Below, piece after piece: positions 1 to 9,920 of a stretch of DNA of 64,000 nt. The notes below the pieces were generated by a model. The model was not told where the DNA came from. It saw only the letters and a program-made list of their open reading frames with translations, and searched no databases. Every line of letters starts with the position of its first letter. Position 1 is the first letter of the stretch. The stretch is from an uncultured cyanobacterium (GTDB taxonomy: Bacteria > Cyanobacteriota > Cyanobacteriia > Pseudanabaenales > Pseudanabaenaceae), in the NCBI GenBank assembly GCA_963703315.1, contig OY969811.1, forward strand, positions 4,096,001-4,160,000, given 5' to 3'. The position numbers were made by a program, and so were the translations under genes.

Positions 1-1
1 T

Positions 2-109
2 AAAGTCGATCTGGCGGTGGTGCGTAATAAGAAACTGCACGATAAGCGTGAAGACATGAAAAAACGTGATGATAAGCGTGACATCGAACGAGTAATGAAA
101 AATCGTTAA
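2..109 (+). CDS. smpB: SsrA-binding protein, 3' end (partial)
   Basis: Translates KVDLAVVRNKKLHDKREDMKKRDDKRDIERVMKNR*, the characteristic SmpB C-terminal tail (KKLHDKR). Confidence 0.9.
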   Translation, partial: KVDLAVVRNKKLHDKREDMKKRDDKRDIERVMKNR

Positions 110-140
110 GCAAAAGTGGTGCAAAGCAGCACTTTTGTTT

Positions 141-1934
141 TTAGCGGGTTGCCATCATTTCTAATTGATAGAGGCTGGCATATAAACCATTTTTAGCGAT
201 TAGTTGCTCATGACTGCCAGATTCGACTACTTCGCCTTGCTTGAGTACGAGAATGCGATCTACATTACGGATCGTCGATAAACGGTGGGCGATGATAATC
301 GTGGTACGACTGACTAAGAGGCGATCAAGAGCTTGTTGAATCAAAAACTCAGTACTGACATCGAGACTTGCCGTAGCTTCATCCAAAATTAAGATGCGCG
401 GATCACGGATGGCGGCTCTGGCAAAGGCAAGTAACTGCTTTTGTCCACCAGAAAGATTTGTGCCGCGCTCACGGACTTGAGTGGCATATTGTTCTGGTAA
501 CTCTTGGATAAAGCGATCGACATTCATTAATTCCGCCGCTTCAATGACCTGCTCGATCGCATAGTCTTCACCGAGGGTGATGTTGTCTTTAATGTCGCCA
601 GAGAATAAAAAAGCATCCTGTAAAATCACGCCGACATAGCGCCGTAGCTCTGCTTGGGTAACCTCACGAATATCAATACCGTCGATTAAGATTCTGCCTT
701 TAGTTGGCTCATACAAGCGAGATAACAGGCGAATGATCGAGCTTTTTCCCGCGCCCGTCGGTCCTACAAGGGCAATTCTTTCCCCTGCTCTTAAAGTGAA
801 ATTTATATCTTTGAGGACGTACTCATCGGGCTTGTAGCCAAACCATACATGGTCAAAACAGATTTCACCAGTGCCATCAAGGGGTAAAGATTTGGGATGT
901 TCAGGATCGCGAATTTCAATAGGTTCTTGCAGGATGACATTAATGCGTTCAACTGCCGTAAATCCTGCTTGAATCGTGGTGAATTTCTCGGCTAATTGGC
1001 GAATTGGATCGAACAGACGCTGTGAAAAGAGGACAAAAGCGGAAAGTTCACCAAAGGTAAGATTCTTCTGAACTATCTGACCGCCACCTAGCCACAGTAC
1101 TCCCGCGATCGCTACTAGGGCAGTCCATTCCAAGGTGGCAGAAACTGCTGATTCATGGAAAATAGTGCGATTTACTTCAACGGAGTATTGCTGATTAACC
1201 TTGAAGTGTTGCTCGGCATTAAACTTTTCGCGGCGAAATAATTGAACAATATTTGCACCCAGAATGTTTTCTTGCAAAATCGAATTGAGTTCGGAGAGGC
1301 GATCGCGAGCTTTGAAATTAGCTTTGCGATATTCGTATTGAAAATAAATAATGAGGGTGGTAACGGGAATTACCATCACTAAAAGTAAGAGAGCTAAATC
1401 CCAGCGCAGCAAAAACATGAATACAGCGATCGCCGCGATCGCTGCCAGATCGCTGAGTACACCAACTGCACCAGTGGCAAAAACATCACCTAATGCTTCG
1501 ACATCGCTAGTGAGGCGAGTAATTAATTTGCCGACGGGAGTGCGATCGAAAAAACTAGTTGATAAAGACGTAACGTGACGAAATAAATCTTGGCGAATAT
1601 TTGCCGTGATTTTTTGTCCGACCTCTTGCACCAAATAGCCCTGCCAAGCCTGAAACACAAGCCGTACTGTAATAGTCAGCAGTATGACTACGCAAATCCA
1701 GCGCAAACCAAATAAATCGCCGCTTTTAATTGGTCCATCGATCGCCTGCTGCACAAGGATAGGCTGCACAGCACTAGCGATTGATAAAGGCACAAGTAAC
1801 AGCAGTGATATCAGAAGTTGTTTAGAATTTTGCTTGGCATAGGGCAGTAAACTCAACAACAGTCGCCAATCATTACTCTTGAGACGATTTGCAGATTGAG
1901 AGTTGACAGAGCTAGCTTTGGTGGTGTTGATCAC
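141..1934 (-). CDS. ABC transporter, fused permease/ATP-binding (MsbA/MdlB-like)
   Basis: N-terminal TM domain, Walker A GPTGAGKS, signature LSGGQ, Walker B ILILDEAT. Confidence 0.93.
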   Translation of the reverse strand: MINTTKASSVNSQSANRLKSNDWRLLLSLLPYAKQNSKQLLISLLLLVPLSIASAVQPILVQQAIDGPIKSGDLFGLRWICVVILLTITVRLVFQAWQGYLVQEVGQKITANIRQDLFRHVTSLSTSFFDRTPVGKLITRLTSDVEALGDVFATGAVGVLSDLAAIAAIAVFMFLLRWDLALLLLVMVIPVTTLIIYFQYEYRKANFKARDRLSELNSILQENILGANIVQLFRREKFNAEQHFKVNQQYSVEVNRTIFHESAVSATLEWTALVAIAGVLWLGGGQIVQKNLTFGELSAFVLFSQRLFDPIRQLAEKFTTIQAGFTAVERINVILQEPIEIRDPEHPKSLPLDGTGEICFDHVWFGYKPDEYVLKDINFTLRAGERIALVGPTGAGKSSIIRLLSRLYEPTKGRILIDGIDIREVTQAELRRYVGVILQDAFLFSGDIKDNITLGEDYAIEQVIEAAELMNVDRFIQELPEQYATQVRERGTNLSGGQKQLLAFARAAIRDPRILILDEATASLDVSTEFLIQQALDRLLVSRTTIIIAHRLSTIRNVDRILVLKQGEVVESGSHEQLIAKNGLYASLYQLEMMATR

Positions 1935-2297
1935 TATTCGAGATCCCTATTACCGGGGTTACGAGATGGATCGCTGTTAAGGAAGCCAAACACAAACAAA
2001 CTGATGAAAAATATGACAGTGATGTATACCACTATTTTTAAAGTGAGCATAAATAAATAATCTCCGTATAAATATCTAAGAATTTATCCTATGTTCAATC
2101 TTATAGGAAAAGATGGGAATTCCTTATACTTCCTGATAATGGCTATGTAAATTTGAGTATTTATACTTAAATATAGAAATGTAAGTTTTGCTTAGGATAC
2201 AAAACCCAAGAAGAGAGTTGCGGAGCGGAGCGCCGCAACTCTCTTCTTGGGTTTTAGTTTGTACTAACCAACTATTGCTTTGCTATATACTATCTAT

Positions 2298-2981
2298 CTA
2301 GGCTTGAAATATTTGCCCTAAAAGTTGCGATCGCTCGATATATAAAGACATTTGACTAGCGATCGCCCGCAATAATTTTTCATCTAAAGATGAATAATCA
2401 AGGGTTACTTCATGGACATTTTGTGTCGTAATTGAAATATCTTGAACTTTACGATTTATTAACTGAAAAACACCAATCGTTCTTTTTTGAGAATCAAACA
2501 TGGGGACGGCTAAAACTGAACGGGTGTGGTATTCAATATCGTAGTCAAAGGTTTTGTGATGTCGGTATTCTGCATTATCTGGTAACTTGTGGACATCAGA
2601 TAAATTGAGAAATTCTCCAGTCATGGCAACATAGCCAACAATACTATCTTGATTGAGAGGTACGGCAAAATTGACTAAGGAGCGATCGGGTTGAGAATCG
2701 TTTTGCGAAACTTCAAAGCAAACTGTATGTACTGGTGCAGAGCGATCAATTAAATAAATACTTCCCGCATCACTATTAGTTATTTTCCGAGTAGTTGCTA
2801 GTGTTGATTCTAAAAAAGCTCGTAAGTCACTAGTACTAGACAAAGATATTGATAAGTCAAGCAGATCATTAAGTAAGCACTTGTAGTAATGCAGTTGCTC
2901 TAAGTGCTGAGGTGCTGAGGCGGACGAATCATTTGATGTATCTGGTTGCCAAACTAAATCAGGATTCATGGATATAGCCAA
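2298..2981 (-). CDS. Stand-alone GAF domain protein
   Basis: GSIYLID, SIVGYVAMTGE, TRSVLAVPM, IGVFQLINRK...DE match a cNMP-type GAF. No output domain is present. Confidence 0.85.
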   Translation of the reverse strand: MAISMNPDLVWQPDTSNDSSASAPQHLEQLHYYKCLLNDLLDLSISLSSTSDLRAFLESTLATTRKITNSDAGSIYLIDRSAPVHTVCFEVSQNDSQPDRSLVNFAVPLNQDSIVGYVAMTGEFLNLSDVHKLPDNAEYRHHKTFDYDIEYHTRSVLAVPMFDSQKRTIGVFQLINRKVQDISITTQNVHEVTLDYSSLDEKLLRAIASQMSLYIERSQLLGQIFQA

Positions 2982-3188
2982 TATCTTGGTAATGTCCTGC
3001 TTAGACCGTATAAAACTAGGTCTTAGTAGTTAGTCTCGGCAGTACAATCTATGCGAATAATACTAGCAAAATCACCTCAGAAAAATAATAATACCAAGAA
3101 ACAAAATGGCTACGCCATTTTGTTTCTTGGTATAAAACCCCAAAGAGAGAGTGGCGGCGCTTTGCGCCGCCACTCTCTCTTTGGGGTT

Positions 3189-4673
3189 TTAGGTTATGCT
3201 GTAGCGCTCATTTGCTTCGTCTTCATCTTCATCAAGTTGCAGATCATCGATCGCATAGACATCTGGCCAAGCGGATGCACCATGTTCATAAACATCAATG
3301 CCAATGCGATCGGCTTCAGGATTGACTCGCAATAGACCAAAGGCTTTGAGTGAGCCAAACATCAAAAATGAGAATATAACGACAAAGATAATAATTACTA
3401 CTTCCCCTCCGAGTTGTACTCCCAGCAAATCAAAACCACCACCCAAGAATAAGCCAGCTTTTTTATTCATCGTTAATGCTGGATGTCCAAATAAACCAAC
3501 ACAGATGATGCCCATCATTCCGCACGCGCCATGTACGGCAAATGCACCGACAGGATCGTCAATTTCAAACCATTCAATAACATCTACAACAATCAGGACT
3601 AGGACACCAGCCACTGCCCCAATCAAGGCTGCTGCCCAAGGCATGACATAAGCACAACCTGCCGTAATTGCTACTAACCCTGCTAGCGATCCATTTAGAC
3701 CGCAGAATAAGTGCCACTGCCGAAAGCGAAAGTAAATATAGAGAAATGCGGTCATTGCGCCAGTTGCAGCCGCTAAAGTCGTATTTACAACAATCAATCC
3801 CGGTAGTCCGTGATTGCTGAGGGTCAGTGTCGAACCAGCATTAAATCCATACCAACCAAACCATAAAATCATCGTGCCAATTGTGGCAAACCCAAGATTA
3901 TGTGCTGGTGGAATTTGTCCCCATACGCGATCGGGACGAGGACCTAGTAGGTATGCGCCCACTAAAGCTGTCCATCCGCCTACTGTATGTACAGCCGCAT
4001 CGCCTGCAAAATCATGAAAGCCTAGTTTGTATAGCCAGCCGCCATTGTTCCAAACCCAATGGACGACTAGGGGATACATGATCGCTCCCATAATAAATGC
4101 GTAAATTAAGTCACCCTTAAAATTAGTCCGCTCAGCCATCGAGCCTGTGGTGATCGTACTCGCAGTTGCCGAAAAGGCGAACTGAAAGAAGAACAGAGTA
4201 AAAGTACTAACTGGTGCGGTGGAACCTCCTGCACCCATCGCATATTCGATCGCTCCATTACTGATCGTCAAAGCATTATTTAAAAGAAATCCATCGGTTC
4301 CAAAAAATCCGTTACTAGTTGTGCCAAAGGCGATCGCAAAACCTGTGATCCACCATGCTAAGAGCGTAACAGCCGCATCGATGAAGTTTTCCGCAAGTGT
4401 ATTGACCACCCCCGTCTGTCTAACTAGCCCTGCTTCCAGCATGGCAAAGCCACATTGCATAAAAAATACTAAAAACCCCGTAATTAGTACCCACCCTGTA
4501 TCAACGGATAATCGCAACTCGTTTGTCGTTTTGGTCAAGGACTCGAGCGTACCTGTTTCGATCGCTTGGACAATAGTTGGTGTAAATGCTGAAAATATCG
4601 CTGCCCCGATCGCGATCGCTAAAAAACGCGCCAAATGGTTCTTGTTTTTAGTGTTTGTCTTTGACATGATCAT
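3189..4673 (-). CDS. amt: Ammonium transporter (Amt family)
   Basis: FFMQCGFAMLEAG, GSMAER, DFAG..VH, WFGWYGFNAGS, DDPVGAFAVHG. Both pore histidines are present. Confidence 0.95.
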   Translation of the reverse strand: MIMSKTNTKNKNHLARFLAIAIGAAIFSAFTPTIVQAIETGTLESLTKTTNELRLSVDTGWVLITGFLVFFMQCGFAMLEAGLVRQTGVVNTLAENFIDAAVTLLAWWITGFAIAFGTTSNGFFGTDGFLLNNALTISNGAIEYAMGAGGSTAPVSTFTLFFFQFAFSATASTITTGSMAERTNFKGDLIYAFIMGAIMYPLVVHWVWNNGGWLYKLGFHDFAGDAAVHTVGGWTALVGAYLLGPRPDRVWGQIPPAHNLGFATIGTMILWFGWYGFNAGSTLTLSNHGLPGLIVVNTTLAAATGAMTAFLYIYFRFRQWHLFCGLNGSLAGLVAITAGCAYVMPWAAALIGAVAGVLVLIVVDVIEWFEIDDPVGAFAVHGACGMMGIICVGLFGHPALTMNKKAGLFLGGGFDLLGVQLGGEVVIIIFVVIFSFLMFGSLKAFGLLRVNPEADRIGIDVYEHGASAWPDVYAIDDLQLDEDEDEANERYSIT

Positions 4674-4934
4674 ATCTATATACTGTTATGGTCTTTGGGA
4701 TTAGTGATTAATCGCCGAACTCTTGGTCTTAAAGTTTGCAGATTGACTTGATGTAGGTCTCGCCCTGATTTCTTATACGTTTAAGGGAGACTCGCAAAAG
4801 TGTCGATTAGTACATTGATTCAGATGGTTTTTAACTTTGTATAGCTGTCGCCAGTTACAAAACCAGAAGCGAATTGCGCCGCAATTCGCTTCTGGAATTT
4901 GTCCTAATACAAATGACGACAGCTTACAAAACTG

Positions 4935-4950
4935 TGTGATCGATGTCACA
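4935..4950. promoter_or_regulatory. CRP-type binding site (perfect TGTGA-N6-TCACA)
   Basis: TGTGAtcgatgTCACA. Confidence 0.7.
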
Positions 4951-4979
4951 GTGAAAATGTTTAACGATCGCCAGCTTCC

Positions 4980-4995
4980 TGTGAGATTAGTCACC
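4980..4995. promoter_or_regulatory. Second CRP-type binding site (TGTGA-N6-TCACC)
   Basis: TGTGAgattagTCACC, followed 21 nt later by a -10-like GATAAT (5017-5022), which is class II spacing. Confidence 0.6.
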
Positions 4996-5028
4996 GCTAA
5001 AATCAGAAAAAAGCAAGATAATCTAACC

Positions 5029-5084
5029 ACTAGCGACGTATCTACATAAATTCCCCCCGCATGATTGCCTCCTGCGGGTTTTTT
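5029..5084 (+). ncRNA. Candidate ~56-nt sRNA (or attenuated leader of the MBL gene)
   Basis: Predicted CRP class II promoter upstream. It ends in the hairpin CCCGCA..TGCGGG plus a T-tract, with no + strand gene upstream to terminate. Confidence 0.35.
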
Positions 5085-5159
5085 ATCGCTGTATTTGTAA
5101 AGAATTCGTTACACTGTTGAATAGCACAGTTAGCAGCGCTAAAAATAACGCAAAGAATT

Positions 5160-5936
5160 ATGCACTTAACATGGCTGGATAGCAATTCATGGCTGATTGA
5201 GATTGCAGGCAAGCGGATACTTCTTGATCCTTGGCTAGTTGGTTCGCTTACGTTTGGGAATGCGGATTGGTTCTTTAAATCTGAGCGAATTACTCCAAGA
5301 GAAATTCCGCAAAATATTGATTTAATCTTGCTATCTCAGGGTTTACCCGATCATGCTCATCCGCCTACACTTGAGCAGCTTGATCATCAAATTCCTGTAG
5401 TCGGTTCACCAAGTGCGTCCAAATTAGTAACACAGCTTGGCTATACCCAAGTTACTGCTTTAGCTCATGGTGAAGTATTTAGGATTCCGAACTTATTGGA
5501 AATCAGAGCGGTACTGGGTTCACTCATTGGTCCAAACACCTTTGAGAATGGCTATATTATCAAAGATTTGATGGAAGGAACTTCCATCTATTACGAACCG
5601 CATGGCTCTCATGCTGCCGCGATTCAAGAGTTTGCGCCTGTTGATGTGGTGATTACACCGACGATTGATCTCAAATTACCTGTAATTGGTGCGTTTATTA
5701 AAGGTCAACAAGCAGCCGTGCAGGTGGCTCAATGGTTGAATCCGCAAGTGATTATACCGACCGCAGCAGGTGGTGATTTGACCTTTAGTGGTGTTTTGCT
5801 GAAGATTTTGAAAGCAGAAGGAACTGCTGACTCCTTGCGATCGCAGTTTGCCGCTAATAATATTTCCACGCAAGTACTGGAACCTAAGCCTTGGGAACGT
5901 TTTGAAGTTAAGCTTCAGAAGTTAGCCGTCACATAA
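5160..5936 (+). CDS. MBL-fold metallo-hydrolase
   Basis: WLDSNSWLIE, ILLDPWL and SQGLPDHAH match the cyanobacterial beta-lactamase-fold family. Confidence 0.88.
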   Translation: MHLTWLDSNSWLIEIAGKRILLDPWLVGSLTFGNADWFFKSERITPREIPQNIDLILLSQGLPDHAHPPTLEQLDHQIPVVGSPSASKLVTQLGYTQVTALAHGEVFRIPNLLEIRAVLGSLIGPNTFENGYIIKDLMEGTSIYYEPHGSHAAAIQEFAPVDVVITPTIDLKLPVIGAFIKGQQAAVQVAQWLNPQVIIPTAAGGDLTFSGVLLKILKAEGTADSLRSQFAANNISTQVLEPKPWERFEVKLQKLAVT

Positions 5937-5965
5937 AAAAGGGAGCGCTTAGCGCTCCCTTTTTT

Positions 5966-7855
5966 TTAGAATTTCACTGAGACTGGTTTCTTCTCAGGTA
6001 ATTGTGTGTATTCGGCGACGATTTTGCGAAACTCCTCGCCATCAAGGGTTTCGACATCAAGGAGAATATCCACGAGGCGATCGCACAAATCACGGTTTTC
6101 TTCGATCAAACGTTTTGCTGTTTCGTAACAGGTTTGAGCAATCTGACGAATTTGGCGATCAATGCGATCGCCTAGCTTTATAGAGTAATCACTCTGAGGC
6201 ATGAAGTTCCGTCCTAAAAAGACTTCACCACTTTCAGACTCTAAAGCACCCAAACCTAAGTCCGACATCCCAAATTGAGTCACCATTAGTCTGGTTAATC
6301 TGGCAACCTGTTGGAAATCGCCCGATGCGCCTGTGGTAATTTCGGCATCACCAAAAACCACCTCTTCAGCAGCACGTCCACCGAGCATCATCGTAATCGT
6401 ATCGAGAATCTGCGATCGCGACTCCAGACCATATTCCTCGTCAGGCACACCTTTAGCAAAGCCACCGATACCACCAGAGCGAGGCACGATCGTGATTTTG
6501 TCGAGGAGCGAGGCATTCTTGAGAAGGGTCATCACTAAGGCGTGACCAACTTCGTGATAGGCGACTAGACGCTTTTTGGAGCTATCGAGCATCGGCTTCA
6601 TGCTCAAGCCGATGGTAATGCGATCGATCGCATCGGCAATTTCTAATTCCCCGATCGCGTCTTTATAACGTCGGGCAGCTAAGATTGCTGCCTCATTGAG
6701 TAAGTTTGCCAAATCTGCCCCTGCAAATCCGGGAGTTAATCTTGCTACTGACTCAAGGGAAACATTTTCCTCAAGTTTCTTATTACGGGCATGGACTTTG
6801 AGAATTTCTTGACGACCTTTATAGTCGGGATAGTCTACGGTGATTTGGCGATCAAATCGACCGGGACGGAGTAAGGCACTATCTAGCACATCAGGACGAT
6901 TGGTTGCCGCAACGACAATTACGCCCGAATTACCTTGGAAGCCATCCATTTCGGTGAGCATCTGGTTGAGTGTTTGTTCGCGCTCATCATTACCACCACC
7001 GATACCAGCACCCCTTTGCCGACCGACAGCATCAATTTCATCGATGAAAATAATACAAGGGGCATTATCTTTAGCCTTTTGGAATAAATCGCGGACGCGG
7101 GAAGCACCTACGCCCACAAACATTTCTACAAATTCGGAGCCTGAGAGGGAGAAGAATGGAACTCCTGCCTCTCCTGCGATCGCCTTAGCCAAAAGTGTTT
7201 TCCCAGTTCCGGGAGGACCAATTAGCAATACGCCTTTGGGGATTTTTGCGCCAACCGCCGTAAAGCGATCGGGCTGTTTTAAGAAAGTGACGACTTCCTG
7301 CAATTCTTCCTTAGCTGTGTCAATCCCCGCCACATCATCAAACATAATCCCCGTTTTTGCTTCTGGGGAAAATCTGGCTTTAGTCTTACCAAAACTAAGG
7401 GTTTGTCCAGGACCACCAGGGGCATTGCTAATGCGGCGCAATACCATTAACAATATAAAAATTAAGAGTAGAGGTACAAAAAATGTACTTGCTAGTTGCC
7501 AAAGTAATGTTGGCTGTTGAGGCGCTCTTACCGCTATATCGACGTTGTTTTCGCGCAGAGCTTTCATTAATTCGCTATTGCCATCACGGGCAATCAGGTC
7601 AACCCTTACTTTGCGTCCATCTTTCAAGACCGCTTCAGCAGCTAGACCATTGCTTTCAAGATCGATTTTTTGGACTTTATTATCTTTGACACTCGAAAGT
7701 AGCTCCGTATAGCCCATCGGTGATGGACTGTCACCCTCAGCACCTGCCAACGTTGGTACTGTGAGTGTCACACTTTGCAATATTGCTAAACTTACGACCG
7801 TCGTTTTGACGCGCCGCCAAAAGGTTGCCAAAAAGGTTGTTGTTCCAGAAGACAT
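5966..7855 (-). CDS. ftsH: ATP-dependent zinc metalloprotease FtsH
   Basis: Two TM segments, [46 protein letters not shown]. Start placed at ATG 7855; the ORF is open to 7936. Confidence 0.96.
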   Translation of the reverse strand: MSSGTTTFLATFWRRVKTTVVSLAILQSVTLTVPTLAGAEGDSPSPMGYTELLSSVKDNKVQKIDLESNGLAAEAVLKDGRKVRVDLIARDGNSELMKALRENNVDIAVRAPQQPTLLWQLASTFFVPLLLIFILLMVLRRISNAPGGPGQTLSFGKTKARFSPEAKTGIMFDDVAGIDTAKEELQEVVTFLKQPDRFTAVGAKIPKGVLLIGPPGTGKTLLAKAIAGEAGVPFFSLSGSEFVEMFVGVGASRVRDLFQKAKDNAPCIIFIDEIDAVGRQRGAGIGGGNDEREQTLNQMLTEMDGFQGNSGVIVVAATNRPDVLDSALLRPGRFDRQITVDYPDYKGRQEILKVHARNKKLEENVSLESVARLTPGFAGADLANLLNEAAILAARRYKDAIGELEIADAIDRITIGLSMKPMLDSSKKRLVAYHEVGHALVMTLLKNASLLDKITIVPRSGGIGGFAKGVPDEEYGLESRSQILDTITMMLGGRAAEEVVFGDAEITTGASGDFQQVARLTRLMVTQFGMSDLGLGALESESGEVFLGRNFMPQSDYSIKLGDRIDRQIRQIAQTCYETAKRLIEENRDLCDRLVDILLDVETLDGEEFRKIVAEYTQLPEKKPVSVKF

Positions 7856-8006
7856 CACTGCCTGTCGCTCCTTATAACCCCGTCGATGCGGTAATCGGTT
7901 GACTTTACTATTTACTAGTCTAGTGCATTCCCTCAAAACCTGTCACAGTAAAATACTTTGTGGTGCGGCTCAGCCGCACCACAAAGTATTTTACTGTGAG
8001 TCCCTA

Positions 8007-8399
8007 ATGAATTGGATTACTGCTCAGATCAAGTGGATTATGCTCGTTTCTGGGGTCTTAACTTGCACCCTGTTTTATGCAGCGATCGCCCCTCAAGCGG
8101 CACTGCGTTCTTTCTTTGGCGATGTTTTGGAGGGGCAACTTGCGGAAATTATTGTCCGTAACTGGGGTGCTTTGATCACGCTTGTGGGTGCAATTCAAAT
8201 TTATGGAGCATTTAGGGCAGCCAGTCGCACTTTGATTGTAGTGATTTCAAGTATTAGCAAATTGGTTTTTGTGAGTTTGGTTCTGGTTTATGGTAGGCAA
8301 TATCTGGATAAAGCAGGAATTGCGGTTGTAATTGATTTAGTCCTAGTTGGCTTATTTGTGGTTTATCTGATTGGCGATCGCCAAAAAATCAAAGATTAA
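8007..8399 (+). CDS. Small 4-TM membrane protein, unknown function
   Basis: Hydrophobic ORF starting MNWITAQ. The longer ORF start lies inside a palindromic repeat. Confidence 0.75.
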   Translation: MNWITAQIKWIMLVSGVLTCTLFYAAIAPQAALRSFFGDVLEGQLAEIIVRNWGALITLVGAIQIYGAFRAASRTLIVVISSISKLVFVSLVLVYGRQYLDKAGIAVVIDLVLVGLFVVYLIGDRQKIKD

Positions 8400-8541
8400 G
8401 GCGGCACGAAGTGCCGCCTTAATTAATATGTTAAGAAGCGTAGCAATTATAGAGAAAGCTAGATTTACTTCATATTCTTTATAGTGCTATGAGACAATTA
8501 CACTAAAATACACGCAAGCAACGCTACGCATATTCATATCC

Positions 8542-9432
8542 ATGAACGCCACAACAAATATTCAGCCATTTTCTGCCGATGATTTTGCCAATGCTCTCGC
8601 CGAACATAATTACGAGTTTGCCGTTGGGCAAGTCGTCAAGGGCAAGGTCATCTCCATCGAAAGTAGTGGCATTTATGTCGATATTGGCGCTAAGTCTTTA
8701 GGTTTTCTTCCGATTGAAGAAGCAACGCTCAGTGGTTCCTCACGCTCTAATGATGCTTTCCCCATTGGCAATGAGTACGAATTTCTGATCATTAGTAGCC
8801 AGAATGCTGATGGCGAAGTAAAACTATCAGTGCGCCGTTTACTATTCAAACAAGCTTGGCAAACTTTGAAAGATTACCAAGCAGAGTCCACAGTTTTCGA
8901 GACTAAGGTGATTGGCACTAACAGTGGTGGTGTGATTGTCGATGCGGTGGGACTACGGGGTTTTGTACCGCGATCGCACCTCACTGATGCCACTGATCTT
9001 GCCAAATTGATTGGTAAAAAAATTCCTGTCCTTGTTTTAGATGCCGATGAAACTCGCAAAAAACTAGTGCTATCGAATCGTCAAGCGGCGAAATTAGCGG
9101 CGATCGGTCAATTGGCTAAGGGACAACTGATTACTGGCAAAGTGAGTAACATTCGTCCTTTTGGCGCATTTGTAGAATTTGCAGGAGTATCTGGCTTGCT
9201 GCATATCAAAGAAATGAGTCAAAAGCCCGTCAGCGATCCTACCCGCGTATTTCAAATTAATGACATCATCAAGGCGGTGGTCGTGGATATTGATGAGTCT
9301 CGCGATCGCATTGCCCTATCTACCAAAATCCTCGAACTGCACGCTGGTGAAATTCTCGACAATTCTGCCCAAGTCTTTGCGGAAGCTGAAGAGCGTCTTG
9401 AAAAAAATATCAGCAAGCTCTGGGAAGCATAA
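8542..9432 (+). CDS. S1 RNA-binding domain protein (ribosomal protein S1 homolog)
   Basis: Three S1 repeats (VDIGAKSLGFLP, GLRGFVPRSH, FGAFVEF..SGLLHI). Confidence 0.9.
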   Translation: MNATTNIQPFSADDFANALAEHNYEFAVGQVVKGKVISIESSGIYVDIGAKSLGFLPIEEATLSGSSRSNDAFPIGNEYEFLIISSQNADGEVKLSVRRLLFKQAWQTLKDYQAESTVFETKVIGTNSGGVIVDAVGLRGFVPRSHLTDATDLAKLIGKKIPVLVLDADETRKKLVLSNRQAAKLAAIGQLAKGQLITGKVSNIRPFGAFVEFAGVSGLLHIKEMSQKPVSDPTRVFQINDIIKAVVVDIDESRDRIALSTKILELHAGEILDNSAQVFAEAEERLEKNISKLWEA

Positions 9433-9672
9433 TACTAAAACTAAAAATGGCTATGCCATTTTTAGTTTTGAAAAACCTTACTGGGTTTGGTTTTTAATTC
9501 ACAAAAGTGTTGTCACACTTTCGTGAATTGGTATAATCTCTAAAAAAGAAGGTGATGCTTTGCGTCACCTTCTTTTTTAGGTTTTTAATTTTTTCGTACA
9601 AGCAATCAAGTTTGAACTTAGAATATTAGCAGTCATCAAAATATTTAAAATAAGCCCTCAAAATCAAAATTT

Positions 9673-9792
9673 ATGGAAACTAATATTCTTGGTCTGCTCG
9701 GAACCCTTTTGGCTCTGTTCGTACCTACTGTCTTCTTGCTGACTCTCTATATCCAGACATCTAGTCGCGAAGAAGGTCAAAGCACCAAATAA
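9673..9792 (+). CDS. psbM: Photosystem II reaction centre protein M (not in ORF track)
   Basis: Manual translation METNILGLLGTLLALFVPTVFLLTLYIQTSSREEGQSTK* has the PsbM pattern (VPT.FLL.LY.QT). A terminator hairpin follows at 9798-9832. Confidence 0.93.
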   Translation: METNILGLLGTLLALFVPTVFLLTLYIQTSSREEGQSTK

Positions 9793-9920
9793 ATAAAACA
9801 AAAAGCGCAGCCATTTGGCTGCGCTTTTTGTTACTGGGTAAAATCATCGTATTGCTAAGATTTACTCCCGTTAGGCTATAAATAAATCATCAGAGCTAAA
9901 ATTTTTAAGATTTACCTAGC

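Noticed and set aside
4674..4840. Riboswitch in the amt leader
   Set aside because: A weak hairpin (GTCTC..GAGAC) is present, but I recognise no glutamine-riboswitch consensus. An Rfam scan would be needed.
4835..5115. NtcA boxes upstream of amt
   Set aside because: The GTA...TAC pairs seen have N14 (~4839) and N10 (~5097) spacing, not N8.
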